26,241 nt of DNA from positions 1-26,241 of the IMG/VR virus record IMGVR_UViG_3300023095_000009; one strand, given 5' to 3'. Numbering within the stretch: position 1 is the stretch's first letter; each line of letters begins with the position of its first letter. The stretch comes from a virus (lineage: Duplodnaviria; Caudoviricetes). The translations under genes were made by a program, and so were the position numbers. This document shows positions 1 to 7,915 of the stretch, piece by piece. The notes beneath the pieces were generated by a model. That model searched no databases, was not told the DNA's origin, and was given only the letters and a program-made list of their open reading frames with translations.

Positions 1-1
1 T

Positions 2-364
2 AACCAGCCGAAGTGGTTCATTACCGACAACTGCGTCAACTTCATCCGAGAGATGAAGGGTCTGCGGTGGGCGACGTACAGCTCGGCCAAGATGCGGTTC
101 GACCAGAACAAGCAGGAGACCGTTCACAAGAAGAACGACCACACCTTCGACAGCGCGCGCTACTTCGCCACGTTCATGCCGGATCTCGGCCCCGAGCCCG
201 CGCCGCGCGTTTTCATCATCCCCGGCCCGTCGCTTCCCGGCGAGACGTACGATACGATGCTCTTGAAGCAAGTGCGTGACCCCAGCATCGAGGTCATGTG
301 GGATCAAGATGAGACCGGCTCGGAGTGGTCAACCACCGAGAGTTACGATTCACTCTACGGATAG
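2..364 (+). CDS. terL: Terminase large subunit, C-terminal nuclease domain (5' truncated by window edge)
   Basis: Frame is open from position 2: NQPKWFITDNCVNFIREMKGLRW...KKNDHTFDSARYF. This matches the TerL RNase H-like C-terminus pattern (C.N.I.E...W...K.DH..D..RY) and lies shortly upstream of the portal. Confidence 0.88.
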   Translation, partial: NQPKWFITDNCVNFIREMKGLRWATYSSAKMRFDQNKQETVHKKNDHTFDSARYFATFMPDLGPEPAPRVFIIPGPSLPGETYDTMLLKQVRDPSIEVMWDQDETGSEWSTTESYDSLYG

Positions 365-373
365 GAGCCCATC

Positions 374-763
374 GTGGCCGAAGCAAAGACCGAACCGCTC
401 TACAACCCCAACGACCGCTTCGGCGACCGTGACGGTGGCCCCTACGCCGATCAGGTGGAGGCCATTCAGGCCGAGAAGCGCCGCGCAGGCATCGAGGGTC
501 GCGAGCCCGACTACGACAACCTTCAGCCGACCGCAGGCATCCCGGCCGTGACGGCCGCGCAGCTCGCTGTGCTCAACGGCACCACGGGCTTTTCCGAACC
601 GACGCCGATCGGCGAGACCGCAGTCGTCGAGGTCGAAGAGGCCAAGATCACGAAGGCGTCGACCGACGAGCAGAAGATCGAGGCCGCGCAGACGAAGGCT
701 CTCGCCAAGGACGAGACGCCCATCCCGTCGCAGGAAGTCGCGAAGACGGTCGAAACGAAGTGA
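374..763 (+). CDS. Hypothetical acidic protein, 129 aa
   Basis: GTG start with AGGAG SD overlapping the terL stop. Codon usage is typical. Stop overlaps the next start (GTGA). Confidence 0.8.
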   Translation: MAEAKTEPLYNPNDRFGDRDGGPYADQVEAIQAEKRRAGIEGREPDYDNLQPTAGIPAVTAAQLAVLNGTTGFSEPTPIGETAVVEVEEAKITKASTDEQKIEAAQTKALAKDETPIPSQEVAKTVETK

Positions 764-1302
764 CCGGCGATACTGGGGACAGCAGGTTTCAGCGCTACGA
801 CGCGCCGCCTGCTGCCCCCGGTAAATGCCTCATCTCGGGCGCGACTCGGGATCTGGTAGATACCGGGATTTCGATGCAGTACTACGGTGCTGTGTACCTC
901 CATGTCGATGTGATCCGCGAGCTGGCCGAGGCCGCGGGCATTGTCGGCGCGACGCCCGAGGGCGCCTTCCAGCACGAACAATGGCGGCTTCAGGGCTACG
1001 CCGAAGCGGTAAAGGACGACTACAGTGGATCTCTTCGCGCTCTCATTCGGGAGCTTGGCACTGCTGCTGATCGTCTTGACGCTGCTGCTCACCCGGCTGC
1101 ACCGTCGACAGATGCGAGCCCTGCTGTCGATGCAGCAGAAGGTGAATCTGCAAGCGGCGCTGGCGAGAGCGGAGCAGGAGAAGACGCACCGGGAGACGCT
1201 GCTGGAACTCCAGCGGCAGCACCGGAAGGGCCGGAAACGCGACAAGAAGCTGATCGAAAGCCTGCTGTCCAATCAGACAACCCTTTCGCAGACGTACTCT
1301 GA
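760..1302 (+). CDS. Hypothetical protein, 180 aa (ordered N-terminal half, Ala/Gly-rich tail ending DNPFADVL)
   Basis: GTGA coupling to the previous gene. Globular-looking N-terminus (PGKCLISG...YYGAVYLHVDVIRELA). Confidence 0.7.
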   Translation: MTGDTGDSRFQRYDAPPAAPGKCLISGATRDLVDTGISMQYYGAVYLHVDVIRELAEAAGIVGATPEGAFQHEQWRLQGYAEAVKDDYSGSLRALIRELGTAADRLDAAAHPAAPSTDASPAVDAAEGESASGAGESGAGEDAPGDAAGTPAAAPEGPETRQEADRKPAVQSDNPFADVL

Positions 1303-1588
1303 GGTCACCCGAGAGCAGATCGGCGTCAACGAGCGCCTGACTGCTCTCGTGGCGGCCAAGGACGTACTCTCGTATCAGGGCATCGTGACTATGCAGCCCG
1401 ACGACCAGTACACTAACGGTGAGGTCTTCGATCCGTCTGACGAGGCCGAGGCCGAACGTCTAGCAGAGAGAGACCCCTCCGGTGGCAACTTCGATCGAAT
1501 CGAGCTTGATGTCTTCGACGACATCGCCAGCATCGACCCAGAGTTCTTCTCCGTCCCCGGTGACCGACCCGGAGCAGAAGGCGTCTGA
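1025..1588 (+). CDS. Putative membrane-anchored coiled-coil protein, 187 aa, overlapping both neighbours
   Basis: AAAGGA SD at 1011-1016, 8 nt before GTG. N-terminal hydrophobic helix (LFALSFGSLALLLIVLTLLL) followed by basic residues, a Leu/Gln-rich coiled-coil region and an acidic tail. It is the only listed + strand ORF covering 1303-1481. Confidence 0.72.
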   Translation: MDLFALSFGSLALLLIVLTLLLTRLHRRQMRALLSMQQKVNLQAALARAEQEKTHRETLLELQRQHRKGRKRDKKLIESLLSNQTTLSQTYSEVTREQIGVNERLTALVAAKDVLSYQGIVTMQPDDQYTNGEVFDPSDEAEAERLAERDPSGGNFDRIELDVFDDIASIDPEFFSVPGDRPGAEGV

Positions 1589-3671
1589 GATCAAGCGATT
1601 CCGCAAGTCGGACGCAGGCAAGGCACTCATCGCATGGGTGCACAGCGAGTACGGGAGGGCCAAGACGGGCCGCTCCCGTACTCAGCTTCAGTGGCACAAG
1701 AACATGGCCATGTATTCCGGCCAGCAGAACCTCGCGTTCACGAGCGAGAAGACGGCCGAAGGCTTCGCGAACAAGCTGGTTGCCCCGCGGGCGCCGTACT
1801 ACAAGATGCCCAAGACGATCAACCGCACTCGCGGCATCGTGCGCACCGAGATGGCCAAGCTGCTCAGCCAGCGGCCGACCACTGTCGTCGTCCCGGCCAG
1901 CGCCGACGACGAAGATCTGCGTATGGCGCTCGCCGCCGAGCAGGTCAACGAGAGCTACGTCAACAAGCGCCACCTCCTGAACCACATGGAGCGCGCGGTG
2001 TGGTGGGCCTCGGTCACCGGCAACGGCTTCCTGAAGACGTGGTGGGATCAGTCCCTCCCCGACAAGGATTCCGGCGACATGGGTGACATCCGCTACGGCA
2101 GCGTCACCCCCTTCCACCTTTTCGTGCCCGACCTCCGCGAGGTCGACATCGAGGATCAGCCGTTCGTCATCAACGTGCAGACCAAGCCGGTCGAGTGGTG
2201 CAAGAATGCGTTCGGCGCGCTGCTCGAAGATGACGTGAGTGATAAGTTCCAGCCGAGCACGACGGGCGAGAACGACATCCTCGAAGCTGGGTACCTCAAC
2301 CTCGACAACAAGGAAAAGCCCGACTCGTGCATCATCTACGAGGTCTGGATCAAGCCGGGCGCCACGAACCACCTGCCCAACGGCGGCCTGCTGACCCTTG
2401 TCGACGACATCCTCGTGAGCTTCACCGAGAACGGCCTCCCCTACGCGCACGGCATGTATCCGTTCACGAAGATCGAGAGCATCCCCTCGGCCAAGTTCTA
2501 CGCCGACAGCACGCTCAACGACACGAACGGGCTCCAGCAGGAGTACAACGAGCTGCGCACCGCTATCCACCACGCCGGAAAGCTGATGGCCAAGCCGCAG
2601 CTCATGGCCGAGCGCGGAACGGTCATCGTCTCCAAGATGACGAACGAGCCGGGCGCCGTGATCGAGTACAAGCCGGGCCGTCAGGCGCCGACTCCGCTGC
2701 CGCTCACGCCGCTGCCGCAGTACTACGTCGACCAGCAGGATCGCATTCTGTCGGACATGGAAGACGTGTCGGGCCAGCATCAGGTGTCGAAGGGCTCGGC
2801 GCCCAGCGGCCTCACCGCGGGAACGGCCATCACCGCGCTGCAAGAGCGCGATGACGCCTACCTCACGACGACCTTCAACTCCGTCGAGCGCGCGTACGAG
2901 AAGATCGGCCAGCAGACCATCGGCCTGTTCGTCGAGTACGTCGACATTCCGCGGGCCATCAAGGTCGGCGGCGCCGAGGCGAGCTTCGACACGCTGCTGC
3001 TGAAGGGCGGCGACCTCCAGAACTCGACCGACTTCCGAGTGGAGTCCGGTTCCGCTGTCGGCCAGTCGAAGGCCGCCAAAGAGGCGTACGTCATGGATCT
3101 CTTCAAGCTCGGCGCGCTCGACCGCGACGAGATGCTGGAGCTGATCTCGGTCGGCGGCGTGCAGAAGGTGACCGACCGGCTGAAGGTGGCCGAGCGTCAG
3201 GCGCAGCGCGAGAACATCAAGATGAAGAAGCTCGACCCCGCGCAGATCCAGCAGGCGGCCGAGGAGTTCGAGATGGCCGCGGGCGATCCGATGAGCCCCA
3301 TCGGTGTGAACATGGCGCCCGACCCGCTCGCACCTGTCGACGAGATGGCTCAGCAGCAGAAGCCCATGAGAGCCGGGCCAATCGTGAAGGTCAACAACTG
3401 GGACAATCACGCCATCCACATCGCGACGCACAACGCCTTCCGCATGGGTCAAGAGTTCGAGATGCTGCCCGACGAGGTGAAAGAGGAGTTCGAGCTTCAC
3501 GTCCAGCTCCATAATCAGATGCTTGCGGCCGACATGCAGATGGATCAGCAGGCGGCCATGATGCAGCAGGGCGGCGACCCCGCGGCTGCTGGAGAGCAGG
3601 CACCTCCCGGTGCTACGATGGCTGGCAACGGCAACGTGCCAGACGTGGCCCCGAGCCAAGACGAAGGATAG
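1482..3671 (+). CDS. Portal protein (podovirus type), up to 729 aa; exact start uncertain (1482 or 1509)
   Basis: Size and position between terL and scaffold. Portal-like motifs TGNGFLKTWWD, VTPFHLFVPD, Q.EYNELRT, G.VIEY, EDVSGQH.VS.G, TAGTAITALQE. Confidence 0.9.
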   Translation: MATSIESSLMSSTTSPASTQSSSPSPVTDPEQKASEIKRFRKSDAGKALIAWVHSEYGRAKTGRSRTQLQWHKNMAMYSGQQNLAFTSEKTAEGFANKLVAPRAPYYKMPKTINRTRGIVRTEMAKLLSQRPTTVVVPASADDEDLRMALAAEQVNESYVNKRHLLNHMERAVWWASVTGNGFLKTWWDQSLPDKDSGDMGDIRYGSVTPFHLFVPDLREVDIEDQPFVINVQTKPVEWCKNAFGALLEDDVSDKFQPSTTGENDILEAGYLNLDNKEKPDSCIIYEVWIKPGATNHLPNGGLLTLVDDILVSFTENGLPYAHGMYPFTKIESIPSAKFYADSTLNDTNGLQQEYNELRTAIHHAGKLMAKPQLMAERGTVIVSKMTNEPGAVIEYKPGRQAPTPLPLTPLPQYYVDQQDRILSDMEDVSGQHQVSKGSAPSGLTAGTAITALQERDDAYLTTTFNSVERAYEKIGQQTIGLFVEYVDIPRAIKVGGAEASFDTLLLKGGDLQNSTDFRVESGSAVGQSKAAKEAYVMDLFKLGALDRDEMLELISVGGVQKVTDRLKVAERQAQRENIKMKKLDPAQIQQAAEEFEMAAGDPMSPIGVNMAPDPLAPVDEMAQQQKPMRAGPIVKVNNWDNHAIHIATHNAFRMGQEFEMLPDEVKEEFELHVQLHNQMLAADMQMDQQAAMMQQGGDPAAAGEQAPPGATMAGNGNVPDVAPSQDEG

Positions 3672-3676
3672 ACACC

Positions 3677-3880
3677 ATGGCAGACTTCGACATCGCCAAC
3701 GACGGGTACAACCCGACGAACATCTGGTCACCTCTCCAGAAGCCCAGCATCGCTGGTCTGAAGGCAGCTCTGACCGCATTCAACGCCACCACATTCAGCG
3801 CGAGCAAGCTCAACCTGATGAGCCGGAACGACATGCTGTACGCCGCGCGCGTCAACGGCGTCGCCGTACCGGGTATCTAA
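3677..3880 (+). CDS. Small hypothetical (possibly virion) protein, 67 aa
   Basis: AAGGA SD upstream of ATG, typical codons, followed by a terminator hairpin. Confidence 0.75.
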   Translation: MADFDIANDGYNPTNIWSPLQKPSIAGLKAALTAFNATTFSASKLNLMSRNDMLYAARVNGVAVPGI

Positions 3881-3900
3881 GTAGATTCTCACTGCAAGTT

Positions 3901-3930
3901 AGGCCCTGTGTCGTTTGACACAGGGCCTTT
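3901..3930 (+). terminator. Intrinsic terminator-like hairpin
   Basis: AGGCCCTGTGTC-GTTT-GACACAGGGCCT is a perfect 12-bp stem with a short T tail, 20 nt after a stop codon. Confidence 0.75.
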
Positions 3931-3944
3931 CGCATGGGCATACT
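3915..3944 (+). promoter_or_regulatory. SigA/sigma70-type promoter for the scaffold-capsid operon
   Basis: Perfect TTGACA (3915-3920), 18-nt spacer, CATACT (3939-3944), upstream of AAGGAG SD at 3983-3988. Confidence 0.6.
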
Positions 3945-3995
3945 TATCTCAATCGCTAAGGCCCATGAAAAGGTACGGCAAAAAGGAGAATTGAA

Positions 3996-4856
3996 TTGAG
4001 CATGCCTGAAGGTACAGACCAGCAGAGCACCGAGGACACCACTTCTCAGGAAGTGGAAGCAGCTCCCGCAGCGCCAGCAGGTACAGGGCCGGAAGCCCCT
4101 TCGGAAAACCCGGAGTGGAACTCATTCAAGGAAAAGCTCGGTCCGATCCAGTACGAGGCCGTCAAACCTCTCTTGCGAGAGAACGACATCCGCGTGCAGC
4201 AGATGACCCAGAAGATCCACGGCGAATATGCGCCGCTGAAAGCCTTCGACAAGTTCAAGGACGTAGACCCCACGCGGGTCGAAATCGGCATTCAGCTCGC
4301 AGATATGCTCGACAGCGATCCCGTCGCCTTCTACAACATGCTCAGTCAGAACCCCCGCATTGCAGCCTCGCTGCAAGAGCTGGCTGGCGAGGGTGCAGAA
4401 GAGGATGGCGAGACCGGTTTCGAGGAGTATCAAGACCCGCGGATCGACCAGCTCGCAGAGCAGCAGGCGCAGTTTGAAGCCTATGTTCAGCAGCAGGAGC
4501 AGCAGCGCGTCGATCAGGCCGCTGATGCTGAACTGGACACGGAACTGACCGGGCTGAAGGCAGCTCATCCGAACTACGACGCCGACGATCTGAAAGAGAT
4601 CATCGGCCGCGCTGCCCAGATTGCGACGACCACCGGCCGCGTCCCCGCCCTCGAAGCGGTGGCGCAGCAGTACGACGCTCTCATCAATCGCAAGCTCCAA
4701 ACTCCCCGCGCCGGTAGCCTCGCTCCACAGGTGATGCCGACGAACGGTGGAGTCCCCTCGGCCAACCCCCAGCAGAAGCTCGGGGAGCTGTCGAGCAAGG
4801 ACACCTCCCACCTCGTCGCAGACCTCCTGATGAAGAACAAGGCTGCCTCTCAGTAA
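3996..4856 (+). CDS. Capsid scaffolding protein, about 286 aa (TTG 3996 or ATG 4002)
   Basis: Acidic, helical, Gln-rich coiled coil directly upstream of the major capsid gene. Strong SD. Confidence 0.8.
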   Translation: MSMPEGTDQQSTEDTTSQEVEAAPAAPAGTGPEAPSENPEWNSFKEKLGPIQYEAVKPLLRENDIRVQQMTQKIHGEYAPLKAFDKFKDVDPTRVEIGIQLADMLDSDPVAFYNMLSQNPRIAASLQELAGEGAEEDGETGFEEYQDPRIDQLAEQQAQFEAYVQQQEQQRVDQAADAELDTELTGLKAAHPNYDADDLKEIIGRAAQIATTTGRVPALEAVAQQYDALINRKLQTPRAGSLAPQVMPTNGGVPSANPQQKLGELSSKDTSHLVADLLMKNKAASQ

Positions 4857-4871
4857 CGAAAGGCTCCAATC

Positions 4872-6080
4872 ATGGGTGCAACTCTTGCCACCATCGACCC
4901 GTACCTCAAAGAGGTCTACCGCGGCCGTATCCGCGAACAGCTCCAGTCCGAGACGCTTCTCCTGAAGCGCATCGAGTCGTCCAGCGATGGCGTCACCTCC
5001 GAGATCGGTGGAAAGTACGTCACCTTCCCGATCCACACTCGCCGCAACTCCGGTATCGGAGCCCGCAACGAGAACGAGGCTCTCCCCGTCGCCGGTCAGC
5101 AGGGCACCGCGGCAGCCCGCGTCAGCCTGAAGTACCTGTACGGCCGTGTCGGCCTCACGGGTCAGGCCATCGAGCTGTCGGACTCCGACCCCCGTGCGTT
5201 CGCCAAGGCGCTCACGTACGAGATGGACGGCCTGAAGAACGACCTGAAGAAGGACTTCAACCGCCAGCTCTACGGCACCAACGTCGGTACGATCGGCACC
5301 ATCCGCGCCGTCGTCACGTCGACCGTTCTCCCCGTGGACGACGCTCGCGCCTTCCAGCTCGGTGAGCAGGTCGACCTCGTGACCCTGCCGTCGACCGTCG
5401 CCCAGTCGAACCGACAGGTCACCGCCATCGACCTGTCGGCCGGTGCCAACACGGTCACCGTGTCGGGTGCGAACATCACGACCGCAGTTGGACAGGTGCT
5501 CGTGCGCACCGGAAACGTCAACCGTGAGATCACGGGCCTGAAGTCGATCATCTCGAACACGGGTGTCCTCTACAACGTCGACCCCACGGTTGAGCCTGTC
5601 TGGAAGTCGGAAGTCGACTCCAACGGTGGAACCGGCCGCGCGCTGTCCGAGGGTCTCATGACCTACATGAACGACCGCATCCGTACCAACGGTGGCGAGG
5701 TGACCCTCATCATTCAGGGCCTCGGTGTTCGCCGGGCGTACGCCAACCTGCTCCAGCAGCAGCGCCAGTTCGTCAACACGACGAAGTTCACGGGCGGCTT
5801 CAGTGGCCTCGCGTTCACCACGGACAACGGAGACATCCCGGTCATCGCCGATGTCGACGCGCCCCTGCGGACGCAGTACTTCATCAACGAGAAGGCGCTC
5901 ACCCTCTACAACGCGGGTGACTGGGACTGGATGGATCGCGACGGCTCGATCTGGCAGCGCAAGATCGACTCGACCGGTACGTACGACGCCTACGAGGCGA
6001 CGCTCTACCGCTACGTCGAGCTGGGTGCCGACCGTCGAAACACCTTCGGCGTCATTCAGGACGTGAACGAAGCGGCGTAA
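4872..6080 (+). CDS. Major capsid protein (HK97 fold expected), 402 aa
   Basis: Follows scaffold, has strongly biased codon usage, and carries MCP-like segments (YVTFPIHTRRNSGIGAR.E.E.LP.AG, DLKKDFNRQLYG, GGFSGLAF). Followed by a terminator. Confidence 0.9.
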   Translation: MGATLATIDPYLKEVYRGRIREQLQSETLLLKRIESSSDGVTSEIGGKYVTFPIHTRRNSGIGARNENEALPVAGQQGTAAARVSLKYLYGRVGLTGQAIELSDSDPRAFAKALTYEMDGLKNDLKKDFNRQLYGTNVGTIGTIRAVVTSTVLPVDDARAFQLGEQVDLVTLPSTVAQSNRQVTAIDLSAGANTVTVSGANITTAVGQVLVRTGNVNREITGLKSIISNTGVLYNVDPTVEPVWKSEVDSNGGTGRALSEGLMTYMNDRIRTNGGEVTLIIQGLGVRRAYANLLQQQRQFVNTTKFTGGFSGLAFTTDNGDIPVIADVDAPLRTQYFINEKALTLYNAGDWDWMDRDGSIWQRKIDSTGTYDAYEATLYRYVELGADRRNTFGVIQDVNEAA

Positions 6081-6095
6081 GCCTCACCGTTCGGG

Positions 6096-6124
6096 AGCCC
6101 CTTCAGCTATGCTGGAGGGGCTTT
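6096..6124 (+). terminator. Intrinsic terminator after major capsid gene
   Basis: AGCCCCTTCAGC-TAT-GCTGGAGGGGCT stem (one G-U pair) ending in TTT. Confidence 0.75.
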
Positions 6125-6145
6125 CGTCATTCCTAGGAGAACACC

Positions 6146-6544
6146 ATGGCTGCATTTTCGCTCAACGACCTGATGCGTCGGTACTACTCCGGTGTGACAG
6201 GAGTAGACCCTGACAACGGAAGCGCGGTTCCCGCTCTATCGCAGCCGGTCAACACGGCCCCAGCGACCGCCGCGAGCGCCCCGGCCAGTCGGGTGCTTGC
6301 AGCGTCAACCAGCGCATCATTACTGGCGACTAACCTGAACCGTCGAGGCGCCACTATTGTGAATCGTTCAGGGCAAGAAGTGTTCATTCGATACGGAAAC
6401 ACGGCATCAGACACCGCTTTTCATTGGGTGCTGGCCAACGGAGAAAAGTACGAGGTGCCGTTCGGCATCACTGCTTCCATCAACGGCTTCTCAGTTCTCG
6501 CAGGCACAGCACCGGGCCTGCTTGTCGGCGAGTACACGGCCTAG
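6146..6544 (+). CDS. Putative capsid decoration / spike-base-like beta-sandwich protein, 132 aa
   Basis: TAGGAG SD and position right after the MCP. Segment LLATNLNRRGATIVNRSGQEVFIRYG resembles small jelly-roll virion proteins. Function is inferred. Confidence 0.65.
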   Translation: MAAFSLNDLMRRYYSGVTGVDPDNGSAVPALSQPVNTAPATAASAPASRVLAASTSASLLATNLNRRGATIVNRSGQEVFIRYGNTASDTAFHWVLANGEKYEVPFGITASINGFSVLAGTAPGLLVGEYTA

Positions 6545-6548
6545 TGCT

Positions 6549-6797
6549 GTGCCGAGCTACCTGTTCGACCTCCTTGATCGTGTCGAGTCTGGCACGGTAG
6601 TTGTCGCAGCGTTGGATGTCCAGAAGGTGGTCACGTTCGCTCGGCCGATGACGGACTCGAACTACAAGCTGCTCTTCAGCCGCGAGGGGATCTCGGTCAA
6701 TGTGACGATCAGCTCAAAGACGGTGACAGGCTTCACGCTCAACCTCGGCCTGTCGCTCACCGGCCCTCTCGACTGGGTGGCAGTAGCCCCATACTGA
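6549..6797 (+). CDS. Small fibre-tip / H-type-lectin-like beta protein, about 82 aa
   Basis: GTG 4 nt after the upstream stop. Pattern ESGTV...VTFARPMTDSNY...SKTVTGFTL...DWVAV is typical of phage fibre C-terminal trimeric domains. No clear SD. Confidence 0.6.
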   Translation: MPSYLFDLLDRVESGTVVVAALDVQKVVTFARPMTDSNYKLLFSREGISVNVTISSKTVTGFTLNLGLSLTGPLDWVAVAPY

Positions 6798-6818
6798 CCG
6801 TTCAGGTAGGCTGTCGGC

Positions 6819-7265
6819 ATGACTACTGCTCTTGGCGCCCGCGGCGACGTGTATAACTCCGATCTCGGCTGCTTCATCAGTCAGGCTCACCAGAACTTCG
6901 CCGAGATCCTGCACGACTACAACCCCTATCTGTCGCTGGTCTTCATCCCGCCAAAGGATCGCAGCGCCGAGGACACGAAGCCGTACGCTGTGCTCTACAG
7001 CCCGCCCTCGCAGGCGCCGCAGATCGTCCGCTACGCCACTGAGGTCGAGATGAACGACCCGGCCGCGCTGCTCGGCGAGATCTGGGCACAGGACAGCTCG
7101 AAGGTCGACGTGCTCGGCCGTATCGAGGCGCAGGAGGCCGCGCGCGAGGCGATGCGCCTGAAGGATCACGAGGCCCGTATCGAGGACGAGATGGAGTTCC
7201 TCATGTACATGGCCAAGACGCCGCTTCACACCTTCCACCACAACGGACAGCGGTACGACAAGTGA
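6819..7265 (+). CDS. Hypothetical virion-module protein, 148 aa
   Basis: Typical codon usage, GTGA coupling to the adaptor gene, and candidate leaderless -10 TAGGCT upstream. Confidence 0.8.
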   Translation: MTTALGARGDVYNSDLGCFISQAHQNFAEILHDYNPYLSLVFIPPKDRSAEDTKPYAVLYSPPSQAPQIVRYATEVEMNDPAALLGEIWAQDSSKVDVLGRIEAQEAAREAMRLKDHEARIEDEMEFLMYMAKTPLHTFHHNGQRYDK

Positions 7266-7906
7266 GTTACGGCGCACCCACCTACACAGTGCAGGACGTG
7301 TTCTCGCGCGCCATGCGCACGTTCGGTGACGAGTCGGGTGTGCAGCTCGAAACCACAGACCTCCTGCGCTGGATCAACGACGGCCAGCGAGACATCGTGC
7401 AGCGTGAGTCGATCTTGAAGGCGAAGTCTTCGGTGATGAGCACGGCTGGTGTCGCCTCGTACTCGTGGCCCGCCGAGAACATTCTGTCGATCGACTCGTT
7501 GCACTACGACGGCCAGAAGATCGCGAACATGAGCTTCGCGCAGGCCGAGCAGGATGTCATCGGCGATCAGCCCTCGAACACCGCCGACCAGCCGATTATT
7601 TGGTACGAGTGGGCCGGGCAGTTCACCTTCTACCCCATCCCCGAGACCTCGAAGCAAATCACGATCTACTTCACGAAGGCGCCCGCCGCAGTCACCGCTC
7701 CGACCGACCTTCTGTCGATTCCCGACCGCTACTTCAACTCCCTGCTCCAGTACGTGCTCCAGCAGGCGTACGAGATGGACGAAGACTGGCAGGCCAGCGA
7801 CGCGAAGTCGAAGCAGTACAATGAGTCGCTGGCGATCCTCTCTGACGGGGAGCGCACAGCGCAGAACATGACCTACGGCACGATCACGGAGATCTGGCCC
7901 TACTAA
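7262..7906 (+). CDS. Head-to-tail adaptor (tail tubular protein A-like), 214 aa
   Basis: Helical N-terminus LLRWINDGQRDI, central beta region (FTFYPIP...ITIYF), C-terminal helices (IPDRYFNSLLQYVL). Position precedes the nozzle gene. Confidence 0.8.
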   Translation: MSYGAPTYTVQDVFSRAMRTFGDESGVQLETTDLLRWINDGQRDIVQRESILKAKSSVMSTAGVASYSWPAENILSIDSLHYDGQKIANMSFAQAEQDVIGDQPSNTADQPIIWYEWAGQFTFYPIPETSKQITIYFTKAPAAVTAPTDLLSIPDRYFNSLLQYVLQQAYEMDEDWQASDAKSKQYNESLAILSDGERTAQNMTYGTITEIWPY

Positions 7907-7915
7907 GGAGTCCTC

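Noticed and set aside
1413-3779. 788-aa minus-strand ORF, and similar long antisense ORFs at 12798-15527, 15594-17360, 7964-9070 and 19252-20673
   Set aside because: These mirror real genes on the opposite strand. High-GC codon bias removes antisense stops, and the products have no recognisable motifs or start signals.
6363-6549. Programmed +1 frameshift fusing the 132-aa gene to the fibre-tip ORF
   Set aside because: The downstream frame is open from 6363, but there is no convincing slippery site near the junction. Re-initiation at GTG 6549 is simpler.
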